A stretch of DNA of 64,000 nucleotides. Origin: Vicugna vicugna (Eukaryota). Position 1 is the stretch's first letter. Each line of letters begins with the position of its first letter. The position numbers and the translations under genes are program-made. The notes below the pieces were generated by a model. It did no database searches and was not told the DNA's origin. It saw nothing but the letters and a program-made list of their open reading frames with translations. Below are positions 48,808 to 61,200 of this stretch, piece after piece. Location: positions 188,001 through 252,000 of the forward strand of contig MU058037.1 in NCBI GenBank assembly GCA_013265495.1. The letters are read 5' to 3'.

Positions 48808-49386
48808 TAAAAAACTGTGATAAAATACACATAACATAAATATGAGCATTTAACTATTTTAAAGTATACAGTTCAGTGGCATTTAGTACATTCACAATGT
48901 TGTGCAACCATCACCTCTATCTAGTACCAATGCATTTTCATCATCCCAAAATGTGACCTCATACCTATTAATCAATCACTCCCCATTCTCCCTCCCCCTA
49001 GCCCTTAGCATACACTCATCTGCTTCTGTCTTTATGGATTTACCTATTCTGGACATTTCATACAAGTGGAAGTGTGCAATATGTGACCTTTGTGTCTGGC
49101 TCTGTCATTTAGCATGTTTTTGAGATCCATCCATGTTGTAGTATGTGTCAATACTTCATCCTTTTTCATGTTTGAATAATAATGCACTGTATGTGTATAT
49201 CACATTTTGTTTTCCATTTGTCCATTGATGGACAATTGGGTTGTTTCCACCTTTTAGCTATTGTGGATAGTGGTGCTATGAATATTCAAATATTTGAGTA
49301 CTTCTTTTCAATTCTTTGAGGTATAAACCTAGAAGTGGAATTGCTGGGTTGTATGGTAATTCTGTGCTTAACTTTTTGAGGAATCA
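48808..49386 (-). mobile_element. L1MB-type 3' UTR fragment
   Basis: tgtgataaaatacacataacataaa...gttcagtggcatttagtacattcacaatgttgtgcaaccatcacc. TSD agcctatt(g/a)ctttt at 48794-48807 and 49387-49400. Confidence 0.85.
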
Positions 49387-49704
49387 AGCCTATTACTTTT
49401 AACTTAGAGAGCAGTGATACAATAACTTTATTAATGATGCCTTGCCTGACAACACCTTAAAGTGCTCATAATTATTGTTCTCTTCTGGCAGTAGAAAAAT
49501 TAAATTTAAATAAGGAAGGCCTGAGTCACACAATGCAAACATTTTGTTCAACATTCACTGTAGTTCTTGTACATGTGACAGCATAGCGGTAAGGAAGATG
49601 AAACAACCTTGATTTTGAGAATTGTTCCAACGCGTACCAGGCATTACATTTAACTGCTAACAACAGAGGCCTGAAATAACAGAGGTTTTTAATCTTTAAA
49701 TGTA

Positions 49705-49908
49705 AGCCTTCTCAGGCTCAAAATTATTGACAGTTTGGGCCAGATGATTCTTTGTTGTGAGGGCTGTCCTGTGCACTATCAAGTGTTAAGCCTTAACCTT
49801 GAACTCTGCTTGCTAGATGCCAGTAACACCTGCCCCTTTCCACTAGTTGTGGTAATTAAAACACTGTTAAATGTTAGCAGACATTGCTAAATGTCTCCTG
49901 GGGGACAA
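49705..49908. mobile_element. MER20-like hAT element
   Basis: tattgacagtttgggccagatgattctttgttgtgagggctgtcctgtgcact...agacattgctaaatgtctcctggggg. Confidence 0.75.
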
Positions 49909-50221
49909 TGTAAATGAAGTCCAGGGCTGCTTTGGTGGCTCCACAATGTCACTGGTAACCAGTTTTTTTCTGTACCATCCTTAATGTGGTGCTCTCACCT
50001 CAGGGTCACCTCATAGTGAAAAGATGGCTGCTGAAGCTCCAGCCATACGTTACAGGTGAGAAAAGCAGTTGAGTCAGGCCCCTGTAAAGAGATTTCCCAA
50101 ACAGGGAAGATTTCAGGGACTCGAGGCAGAGTCGTAAGAAGCAGATCTGTGGCAAGTAAGGATTATATAACACTTGGAGTGTAAAGAGAGAGAGAGAGAA
50201 CTTTCTTACTGGTAAGGCTGG

Positions 50222-50664
50222 TGGTGTGGGTTGGAGTGTGTCCCCTCAAAAGACATGTTGAAGTCCCAGACTGTGTACCTGTGAATGTGACCTTATTGAA
50301 AAAGAGGTCCTTTGCAGATTTAATCAAGTTGAGATGAGGCCATTCTCAATTAGAGTGTGCCCTAATCCAGTATGACTTGCATCCTTGTAAGAAGAGCAGA
50401 CACAAGGGAGAATGCCAGTGAAAACAATGTCAGAGACTGGAGTGGTTAATCTGTAAACCAAGGAACACTAAGGATAGATGGCAGCCACCAGAAGCTGAGA
50501 GGACATGGACTAGACTGTCCCTCAGGTCCTCCAGAAGGGACCTACATTGTCAGCACCTTGTTTTCAGACTCCTAAACTCTTGAACTACGGGAGAAAAAAT
50601 TTCTATTGTTTAAAGCTACCTAGTTCATGATACTTTGTAATGGCAGCCCTGGGAAACTAATATA
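50222..50664 (+). mobile_element. MLT1 (MLT1B/C-like) MaLR solo LTR
   Basis: tgtcccctcaaaagacatgttgaagtcc...gtacctgtgaatgtgaccttatt...gcagccctgggaaactaatata; 5-bp TSD GCTGG on both sides. Confidence 0.85.
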
Positions 50665-52546
50665 GCTGGGACCTAAGTCTGACACACGTAAAATACAAAC
50701 TTGCACTGACTCAGAATCTGTCTAGTCACATTTGTCTTTTATATGTTCTTTAATGAGAATTACTGTGATGGGTAGTACAGATCCCATCTCATTAGCTTGG
50801 CCTTAGAATACCCTAAACTCTTTCTATTGTGGGGCTTCTAACAAATGCTTTTTTGATGATAACATTTATTGAATGAGCTCCTACCTTTGGGATTTTCCAT
50901 GAGATGATGTACATGAAAGCACTTTATCAATGATAAAATTCCATACAATTGTTAGTTATGATCGTGTTGTCAGTATAGTTTTATAATTGTGTACCTGAAA
51001 AATAAGTGGTCAGAGGAACGTCAACAAGTGTAATTAGATTTTTAGCCTGTGTGATTCCAGGGGCAAAGCAAATAATGGTGAGAAGTGAACATCTAAGCAA
51101 GTCCCCTTAAGAAACAGTCAACCCTTAGAATTGCATCTTGTTATAAAATTTATCTGTAAAATAAAACGGTCAGAAAAGCATCTGGAACAGGAAAGTGCCA
51201 AACAGAGCACACTGGAGCTTTGTTTTTCTGTGATATTCAAACAGTCAAAGCCTGGCATTCTGCGTGCTTGACAGATGATTTCAGGGCCACCTTGGGCTAC
51301 CAGCAATGCATGACTTGCCCTTTTCTGTGGTGGAGGAGCGCCAAGAAGGTGCTGCTTTCACCTCTTCCAGAAATAGTCTGGTAAGCAAAAACATGTTAAG
51401 GCAAAAGACTCATAATGTAAGCGCTGAGAGAATATTCTCCTTAACTGTGTTGTAAAGTAAAACTGAGGAAAACGAAGGATAAGCTCTAACTTCCCAAACT
51501 TAGGCTCAGACATTTATGCCCTGAGCTATAAAGGCTATAGTGGCAAAGGCTGTAATAATATGGTCTAATGAGCTGGAAAAATGATGGCTTGGTGGTTGCA
51601 TTGCTGAACCCTAAGGCTGACAGCCCAGGCAGAGCCCTAGCCAGTGGAGTATTCCAGAAAGATCTAAAAAAATGGGCAGAACAGAGTCACGATGGAAGAG
51701 CTAATGACACAAAAATGGAGTGTTTTATTTTCTCTGGTTTGGTTGCTTCCTGGCGGCTGCCTAAATCCATCTTGACCTTTCTGGAGTCCTTTTTAAAAAT
51801 CAAAAGAGCCTCTGCAAATTAATTATTAAATTCTCTAAGAGGTAGACCATACATGTTGTTCCTCTTTTTAAAAAAAACTATTAGTGATATAAGCATTTGT
51901 TATGCACCTATTACCGCTCACCATCCTGGCCCTCTCTTCTCTGAATGAGGTCTAATTGATCACATTACCCCCTTAAAATGCACTTCTGGTAATACTGTGT
52001 AAGTCTCCACGTTGGGATGATTCTCTTTTGTCCTGGATGCTAGATATTTGTTGGTGTAAGCTAATTTTGAATGTTAGCTGCTTTAGAAATTAGGTCACTC
52101 TTGAGTAATATGGAGCTTAAATTACAGTCAACTGAGACCTTCATGTATTTTGTATATGGGTTTCTATATTAAGTCTACTGAAATTGTGTGATTTATTTTT
52201 TATTCTAAGTTATATTCTACAATGTTAGTTTCAGCCCTGATATTAAGCTTAATTGACTTCTCTAAGTTTCTGTTGTCAAAAACAGTTCTCCTTCTCAGCT
52301 GCACATAATCTTAAGCATTTTCTTTATTTTTAAAATTGATACTGATGAGAATTTTACAGAATTGGACAAAGAGTGATGTGGTCCAGGTGTAGAAATCTCC
52401 CTGTAGAGTGACAGCAACTCATTAACCTAGAATCTTACTATGAAGCAGAGATTTGATTTCATCTCCTATGTTATTATACAGTATTAAGTTTTCCCTTTTA
52501 CTCAAAGGAATTTGATTCCAATCCAGAAAATATTTATTGACGAGAA

Positions 52547-52738
52547 CAGGAGTTGGCAAACTACTGCCAATTCAAGCTGTTTTTGAAAGTAAAGTGGGGT
52601 TGGAACACAGCCGTACTCATTTGTTTACACATTGTCTATAGCTGCTTTTGTGGGTTGCAGTGACAGAGTTAAGTAGTATGGCCCAAAAAGTCTAAAATAG
52701 TTATTATTTGGCCTTTTACAGAAAAAAATTTGACCTTG
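52547..52738. mobile_element. MER58A-like hAT element
   Basis: caggagttggcaaactac...ttggaacacagcc..actcatttgtttac...ggccttttacagaaaaa. Confidence 0.75.
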
Positions 52739-52929
52739 GGAATAGAAGGACTTCGCTCCGGTAATTGTCTTTCTTTCTGCATAATCAGTTTCCCATCATT
52801 ATCAATAGCATGTTATAGTATCTTCTGTTGTAAAACATAACAAAACATTGACATCTGTCTTAATTCCTCCCCTTCTATTTTTCTATTCCCCTTTACCAAA
52901 AACAAAAACGAAAACTTGAGTTTTCTCTA

Positions 52930-54195
52930 CTTTCTATCTTTCCTTTCTCTTATCATTCTCACGTGACCATCTTTCAGTGTGGCATTCATCCCTAATCACT
53001 CCTCTGAAATGACTTTGTTCAAGTTTCCTGAGTGACTTTCACATTGCCAGCCTGAGAATTAAACATTCTCAGTTTTCATCTTACTTGACCTGTCGTCTCC
53101 GTTCAGATGCAGTGGAGTTTCTCTTTCTTAAATCATTTTCTCCCCTTGGCCTTCAGGACATGGCTCTCTCTCTCACGTGCCTTTGTGTTCTTTTTCATCT
53201 TCCTACTTTTAAACATTGGCGTGCCCTAGGGCTCCATCGTTAGATCTCTTTTTTTCTCCATCTTCCCTCACTCCCTAGGTGCTCTTAACACATTTCACAG
53301 TTTTAAAGACTGTTCCTATATTTGATGGCTCCCAAATTATATCTTTAGACTGCATCTCTAGACTGAACTCTAGTGCCAACCAGACATCCCTACTTGGATG
53401 ACTAATAAGCATCTCAGACTTAGGTTATAAAATGAAATCTTGATTACTCTTATGCAAACCAGCTCTTATTACAGTCATCTTCATTTTAGTAAATGCCAAT
53501 CCCATGTGGTGTTCATTGTTCATATCAAGCATATAGGATTGATATCTCTGTTTCTCACACTCCGTATCAGTCCATCAGCAAGTCCATCTAGTTCTAACTT
53601 TCAAAATATACTCCCAAATTAGACTATTTCTCATCTTCTCTGCTGATGCTGCACTGATCTAAACTACCATTATCTCACATTTGAATTATTTCAAGAGTCT
53701 CCCAACTAGATTATCTGCTGGTACTCTTGACCCATGCCCTACCTCAGCCCTATAACCTTGTCTAAACATTATAGTCACATTGATAACATTAAAGTGTAAA
53801 TCAGGTCATGTCTGTTGGTCTTCACTCAGAACTCTCCTAATAGCATTCCCTTGTAGTCAGAATAAATTTTCAAATCCTCCTGTAGACCACAAGTTCCTAC
53901 CTGATCTAACCTTCTTTGCTTTCTGATATCATCTCTACTTTGTTCATTCCTCTGCATCCACACCACCCTCCTTTCTGGTCTGTGAACACACCCAGCATGT
54001 TCTAGCAGTTGTTGTGTTATTCTCTTTGCCTGAAACAATTTATTGCCAAATATTCACATGACTTTTATCCTCAACTCATTTAGATATTTTGCTCAAAACT
54101 CACCTTAGCAGGGAGGCTTCCCAGAGCACACCTCCACAACTCTCTATTCTCTTAGCCTGTTTTATTTCTATAGCTTGTGTTATTATGTGACATAA
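52930..54195 (+). mobile_element. L2 (L2a-like) RT and 3' region
   Basis: cagtgtggcattcatccctaatcactcctctgaaa (QSGFRP.HSTE-like), tcatcttacttgacctgtc (LILLDLS), ggcgtgccctagggctc (GVPQGS-like). Confidence 0.8.
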
Positions 54196-54199
54196 GACA

Positions 54200-55270
54200 A
54201 ATATAAACAAAAATAATTGTACAGTACATATATTCATACCAGACAGAGTTTGAAACAAAAAGGCTTAAGTGAAGAAAAAATTACATAAGCATGAAATGTT
54301 CAATTCATTTGGAATATATAATTAGCCTCAGTACATACAGTTAACAACATGATCTCTATATGTGTAGAAATGCAATGAAAATTTCACAAGTTGACAAATA
54401 AAGCTCTCTTAGTAAGTGATAGATGAAACACATTGTTAACAATAGAGACTTTTGAACATCATAGTAGACAGTCTTGATCTAATAGACATACGTAAAATCC
54501 TGTCCTCAACAACTGCAAAATATAGTCCCGCAGAATACAATTTAAAGAAAATATGACTACCTAGTAATCCATAAAGCAAGCCTGACCACAATGCCATTAA
54601 GTTAAGGATTAATAAAAAGATAATTTAAAAAACCTTACATTTCAGAAATATAAACATCCTTATGAATAATTAATGGATTAAAACTTATGAATAAAACTTA
54701 AAAATACTTAGAAATAAAATAAAAAATTGAATACATCAAAACATATGAAATGCAGCTGAATAGATACTGAAAAGGAAATACACAGCCTTACATACTTATA
54801 TTAGAAAAAGAAAGGCTGAGAATCAATGAGCTCAGCATCAAAAGACAATAGAAGATTTTAAAAAGAGAATAATCTTATAGAAGGTAGAATGAAGGAAATA
54901 ATACATGGATAATTGCATAATTTAATGAAAGCGAGAACAATAATATATTAGGGATGAAAAAAATCCAAAGTTAGTTCCTTGCAAAGATTAATCGATACAT
55001 AAATTTGAACTAAGTTTGACAAAAATAATAAACAAGAGAAGAACATAAATCCATCGTATTAGGTATGAAAAAGAATACATAATTACCAATAATACTAAGA
55101 TTAAAAGTACACTTGAACAATTTTGTCAATAAATTTGTGTATTAGACAAAATGAACAAGTTAAAAGTTTTTCAAAACTGAGGGAGAAATAGAAACTTGAC
55201 TAGACTTGTCAATATTAAAGAAATTTTAGCAGTGGACAGAAATAGACATGCTTAGGCTGGTTTTACAAAT
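54200..55270 (+). mobile_element. Old decayed L1 ORF2 5' portion
   Basis: cttgatctaatagacata...aacaactgcaaaata...catcaaaacatatgaaatgcagc...cttatattagaaaaagaaaggctgagaatcaatgagct. Confidence 0.65.
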
Positions 55271-56610
55271 ACAAATACTGTCTTGAAAGGAAGTTCTGAT
55301 GGCTCTTTTTAAATACCATATGCACAGAGGTTATAAAGACCAAAAGTAGGATCTCTTGGAATGTAGAAAATGTCCAGTTTTGAATTGAACATGAAGTGGG
55401 AAACTAGGCTCTTTTCCTCCTGGTATTGGCCTCAACTATTCCATACAATTTTTGTCACATTTCCTTATATCATATGATCCTTAAACTTTTGGAAGGTGTA
55501 ACAAAAATACATAGTTTCATTTTTGTATATCCTTTAATACATTTCCCAAAAGAACTCTATATGGGTATGTGATTGTATTGTCTGTGGTGTGTGTGTATAC
55601 ACGTGCTTCTTTGTGAAACAAACATTTTTAACATGCTAAATTGAGTTGCTATCCATTATCTAATTTTATATGCTATTCTCTTTCTTGGAAAAAAAATCCA
55701 GTTACATTACCAAGTGCTGAGTTTTAAAATAGAGCAGAAAATCTGACAATTGGAAAGGAAGACCTGCTGTTGTTTGATCAAAGTAACTTCTCATCTCAGC
55801 ACATAAAAGGACCAAAATAGAGTGATTTGAAGTTTGTGTGTTTCTTACCTAGACATTTCATAGAAAAATAGAATATAAAATATATTGTAATAATAATAAT
55901 AATCCCATAAAACTTAAGATGAAAAATAATAGAATTGTAACCTAGAAACTCGAAGAGATAAATTCCATTTCATTATACATTTAAAATTTTCAGGTCAATA
56001 TTCACAGCTATTGGATGTTGAGGAGGAAGTGCTAAACCCTATCCCTTTTCCTCTTGGGATTTTGTTGGTCAGAACAGTCATAATGGCATCCAGCTGCTGA
56101 TGTGTGTTGGCAAATGTAGTTTGAACCTAAAGTTTAATGGTTACTCCTACTTCTGCCCTGAATTTAGACTTGCCTGTAAAAAGACCTAGATCTGTAGGGC
56201 AGTTGTAGAGGCCATTGGGAAGGACCACAGACCTGCTCCACACACCATAACCAGCAGGATAGTGAGTGACAGTGGTGGACCCCTTCCCTTACCCACAAAC
56301 ACAAAATGATCTGTCATAAAGAATTAGAGAACAGAAGAGAAGGAGAGCTTGTTCCATTTGAGAGGAAGTTAGAGCAACAGCACAGACCAGCCATCTTTAA
56401 CTTTATTATTCCTGTTGCCAGAAAATAGAGCCCAACAAATGTCAAGCTTTTACCAATCAGGGTAGCTGTGCCATTGGGAAGGAATGAATAATGGATAAAA
56501 AGAAGGGTGGTAGTTTCCTCTGTGAGGACTTTGCAAAAGTGAGAAATTCTGGGCAGAAGCTCTTTTCTGAACAAGAATATTGGATTCTTCCTATGCCAGT
56601 CTTTCTCCTA

Positions 56611-57079
56611 TGCATTAATTAGCTTTTGCTGTGTAACAAAACACCCCCAAACTTAGGCGCTTAAAGCAACAACCATTTATTTAGTTGATGATTTTGTCAG
56701 CAACTTGGGCTAGTCTCATCTGAATTTTCTCATGTGTCTGTGGTTAGCTGTTTTGGGTCAGCTAGGTGACTGCTGGCTGGTCTGGGATGATATCAGCTAG
56801 AACAGCTTGTCTGCCCATGAGGTCACCCATCCCCTGTCAGGATAGCCCAGGCTTGCTCAAATGGTGACTGCTTTCAAGAGAGCAAGGCTCAGGCTCAGAA
56901 CTGGCACAATGTCACTTTTGCCACTTTCTCTTTGCCAAGTCACAGGGGCAGCTCAGATTCAATGGATAGGGAAATAGGCAACACCTCTGGATTGGAGGAG
57001 CTTCCAAACCACATTGCAAAGTGTGGGAATAGAGTAAAAGACAGACATTTGGGGCCATTTCTACAAGTAATCTACCACT
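56611..57079 (-). mobile_element. MLT1 (G/H-like) MaLR LTR
   Basis: agcttttgctgtgtaacaaaacacccccaaactta..gcttaaagcaacaaccatttatt...ggctcagaactggcacaatgtcactt...aatctaccac. Confidence 0.75.
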
Positions 57080-57989
57080 CTCAAACAGCTTCACTCATAC
57101 CAGGTGGAGTATGCTACTATCCTAAAACTACTTATATATTATTTTTATCAAAGTCAACTATATAAGCATTTATTGAGTGGCCAGTGTATGTTTAGGACTG
57201 TATTAGGAGCTCCAAATAATCCCAAAGGCAGATATATAATGGTCTTTGCCCTTGTAAATGACATTTGTAACCCTACTGTAAAATGGAAACATTTTATTTC
57301 TCAGAGTCGTCTGTAAACAAATCTGAAAATAGGTGTCTATCTTCTGGAGGTCTTAGAGGTATATAATTTCAATCAGCTATTCTATCCTTCACCCTGGGTC
57401 ACATCCTGTCGGGTAAAGTACAAGCGATTCTAAATAAACATTATGATATGAAGAAAACACACCACTTAAAAATCAGTAAAAAATTCAATAGCCTTGGAGA
57501 TTCTCAAATGTACCATTTAGCCATAGAGACAGCAATGGTATAATGGCAAAGAGAAAAAAAGCTTTGGTAGTGAATTACCATTTTTCTACTGCATATGGCA
57601 TTTGTTGACTGTAAACAACAGAAGAAACAAAAATCATTCATTCTCATTGTGTTAGATATTTTGGAACAGAAGACAGTAACTCAATTATTTCAAGCATTTT
57701 GAATTCAGTCTGCCTTTGAAATAGGGCAACCCTTTCATTGTGTAATTGAAACCGCTTTATCTCACCACTTGTTTTTAATGACAGCAGTAAAATATTGTGC
57801 GAAATCATAAATCTTTCTTGAGAGCCTTATAGACTATGCCACAGGCTTTCAGAAAGGGCATAACCTTGTTCTTGTGGGGGCAAGTAAACACAATTTAACA
57901 TAAAAATTAGACAAGGAACCCACTATCAGACTGTATGAAAAATAAGAATATGTAACATTTTAAAAGGCCAGTATGAAACTAAATATTTC

Positions 57990-58200
57990 AATATGGAAGA
58001 AAATCTGTGATGTTCTGTAAACCACCCTGGGTTTGGAGTTAGGAGACCTCAATTCTTACCCGGATTCCATCACTAACTTATTGTGTGAGCTTTAGGTAAA
58101 CCATATGGCCTCTCGAGGTACCATTTGAATCCATCTGTCTAGTGGAGGTTATAACTCCAGCCTTATTCCCTCACTAGAGAATTGTGACGCTCAAACAAGC
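57990..58200 (+). mobile_element. MIR
   Basis: ttggagttaggagacct...ccatcactaacttattgtgtgagctttaggtaaac. Confidence 0.6.
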
Positions 58201-61200
58201 AATTGTGGAGGGACTTCGAATTGTATTATACAGCATGCACATATATGGCCTAATTACAGGTGGATTTTCCAGGCAAATTTTACTTGCAAATTTTTCTTCC
58301 AAATATAAACTTAAAATGGAGATAAAGTTTCAGTTTGATTAAAAAGGAAGTCAAGCTAAACTTAAGTAATACAAACTTTGAAAATTGTAGTTGGTCTTCA
58401 TTTGGAATTTTTGTAGTGAAGTTTAAAAAGAACTATCATTGCATTGCAAAACTGTGCTTCTTTAAACATTTTTTTGAGAGGGGAAAAATACACAATTTTT
58501 TGTTGTATTCTGCCCAGTGGATTGTTAAGCCACCCCCTTCTTGGAACTTGAATTTGGGATGATTTGTAAGTAGGTCATGAATTCTTTTCTGTTCCAGCAA
58601 TCTGCCTTCCTGGAGAGGAAAGGAAAAAAGAGCTCCCCTTTTTCTTTATTCTGCATTTTCATACCCCAAACTTCTTGCAAGACATTTGCACATGACTACC
58701 AGCTCAAAAAAACATGAATTCATTTACCTTCTTCCTGAAAATGAACTCTTTTCTAAATTATTTATTTATGAAAATGCTACCAATATTCTAGGACTCAAGG
58801 CTCAAACTCTTAGGCTCACCTTTGATTCCTCAAGCCTCACCAGGTCCTATTATACCATCTCTCTTCCTTGTCAGAACGTTAGGTCCTGTTTATGTTATTT
58901 TTTAAAAACTTTATCAAATGTATTTCTCCATATCTCATAAACCTCCTTGCCCCTAGCAGAGTTAGCACATATCCAGCACAGAACAGTGCCTTCCTCATTA
59001 GCCCATATTAAACATTGCTAACTGATCAGGAAGAAATTTCTTACTGATACTGAATTATAACTTGAGAATCTTTCTCAGCCTAGTTGAAAGGTAGGACCCC
59101 CACCACCACCAAAGCATTTGGCATTTAAATGGGAAATGATACCTATGTCACACTGGTTCTGCATGACAAAGTTCAGTACCCTTGGGCTGACATTGAGGGT
59201 TCTCTGTAATTAAGTTCTAACCTACATTTTCAGAATTAACTCTACTGCTTCTTAATAAAAATGTTCACTCCAGTGAGACTCAATCTATTTAATATATTTA
59301 CTTTCCTGATTCTGAACTTGACTCATACACTTTCTCCACAATTCCTCTTCAGGTCACCAAAACTTGACCAGCTCCATCTCATCCTTTTAATGAAACTCTC
59401 CTGGGAATTTCTTCCCAATCTCATTCCTACAGTCCTTACTATCAGGACTGTTGTACACGTGTACTGCTTTGATCTCTTAACTTTTCATATGTATATCTTA
59501 TTTTCCTAAGTAGTATTTAAGTGGCCACTGTAGACTAATTGAAGTAATAACCCTCAAAACTTCTGAGGCTAAACTCAATAAAAGTGAATTTCTTGTTCAA
59601 GTTACAGTCCAGCAAAGGAAGAAAGATGGTTCTTATATTTTCTATGCATTTAGTGATTTGGAAGGTACACATATTTTGATTATACTATTGGTTAACATTA
59701 AAGAATTGTTCTGGTAAGATCTGCATTAAAATGCAAAAGATGTATATGCTTATATAAATATATTTTTTTAATTATGTAAGTTTAAATTGTTGGAAAAAGA
59801 AGACTTTCCTCCCTCCCCAATCCTGATCCTCAGCTGTAACCATTAACAATTTATACGCCTTTAGAATTTTTTCAACATTTATACAAATGTGTGTATAGTT
59901 TTATGTCTAGAGAGATGATTTACTTTTAATAGGGTTATATAGCATACATAATTTCAGTTTGTTTTTCTCATTGTAAGTGTTCAATCTATACATTGTTGGC
60001 ATTTTTACATATAGAGCAACTTCATTGTTTTAAAAAGCTACATAGTAGTCCATCATAGATATGTTTTAATTGACTTACTCTGTATCTTATTGATGGGAAT
60101 TTGGATCAGAGTTGACTTTTTAAATAAATGATGTTAAGACAATATGCTACAAATTTGGAAAAATAGAAAGTCATGTGCTCAATTCATCATCATAGCCACA
60201 ATAAATTCCAGATAGAACGAGGATTTAAATATTAGTTACAAATGTAAAAGTACTAGAAAATGACTCAAAAGGAATATTTCCATTGATTTATGGGAGGGAA
60301 GACTTCTACAAGAGTTACTTAAAACACCAAAGTTTAAAGAAAAAGAATGAACAGATTAACAGATTTAACTTCATAAAAGTTAAAATGTTTTGAGTTAGAG
60401 AATCACCATAAATTATATGAAAGGATACATAATCGGGAAGAGTAGATTAAGGATTTTGGATAGTAGACAATTTTTGGAACGTCTAAAGGCAACTCATAAG
60501 TGCTCTATGGCATTCTAAGCATATTGTGCTTTTGAATGTTTGCAACAACTCATGCTGGTAGCTCACGTTCCCTGGATTTGCCTATATATCACAATTTTTG
60601 GGGTGCCATAGACCGCATAGCACATCCCAAACTCTCCTCATTTTCAAGCCTAACAGTTTAAAATGCAGCTATAATATTGGAAGGTGGACTTTAAATTGTT
60701 CCCAATTGTTAATACCTCATCACTTGGTTACTGAGATTAGCTAGTGAAGATCTAGCTTCTGAGAGAATGAAACAGAGGAGCAGTAAATTTTGAAGGAAGA
60801 CTGAGGAAAATAAATGGTCCATTCCAGAGAAGGTAGATCTGCATGGGGCGTTAGGTGGAAGGACTCTGGGAAGCATTATAGGACATGTTCTGTGAGAGTA
60901 AGCTAAAATGTTGAAGTAAGCACTAGGAAAAGATCTCCAGACAAAACTTACTTGGTTCACAATTATTCTTGAGGAGGGTTTTGCATTCCTTGATAAAAGA
61001 ACAGTTGCATTTTTTAAAAGAAATAGTTGAGATGAATACAATTAAAATAAAAATTCTCTTGAAAATTAAATGTCTTGTTTGAGCAAAACTTGAGAAGTTA
61101 ATAAGGTGGTTGTGGAAGGGTCCTTTATTTCATAAAACATATGGTAGAATATCATTCTGGGTATTAAAAGGTGCTGTTCATCCTGAATGCCTGCATGCTT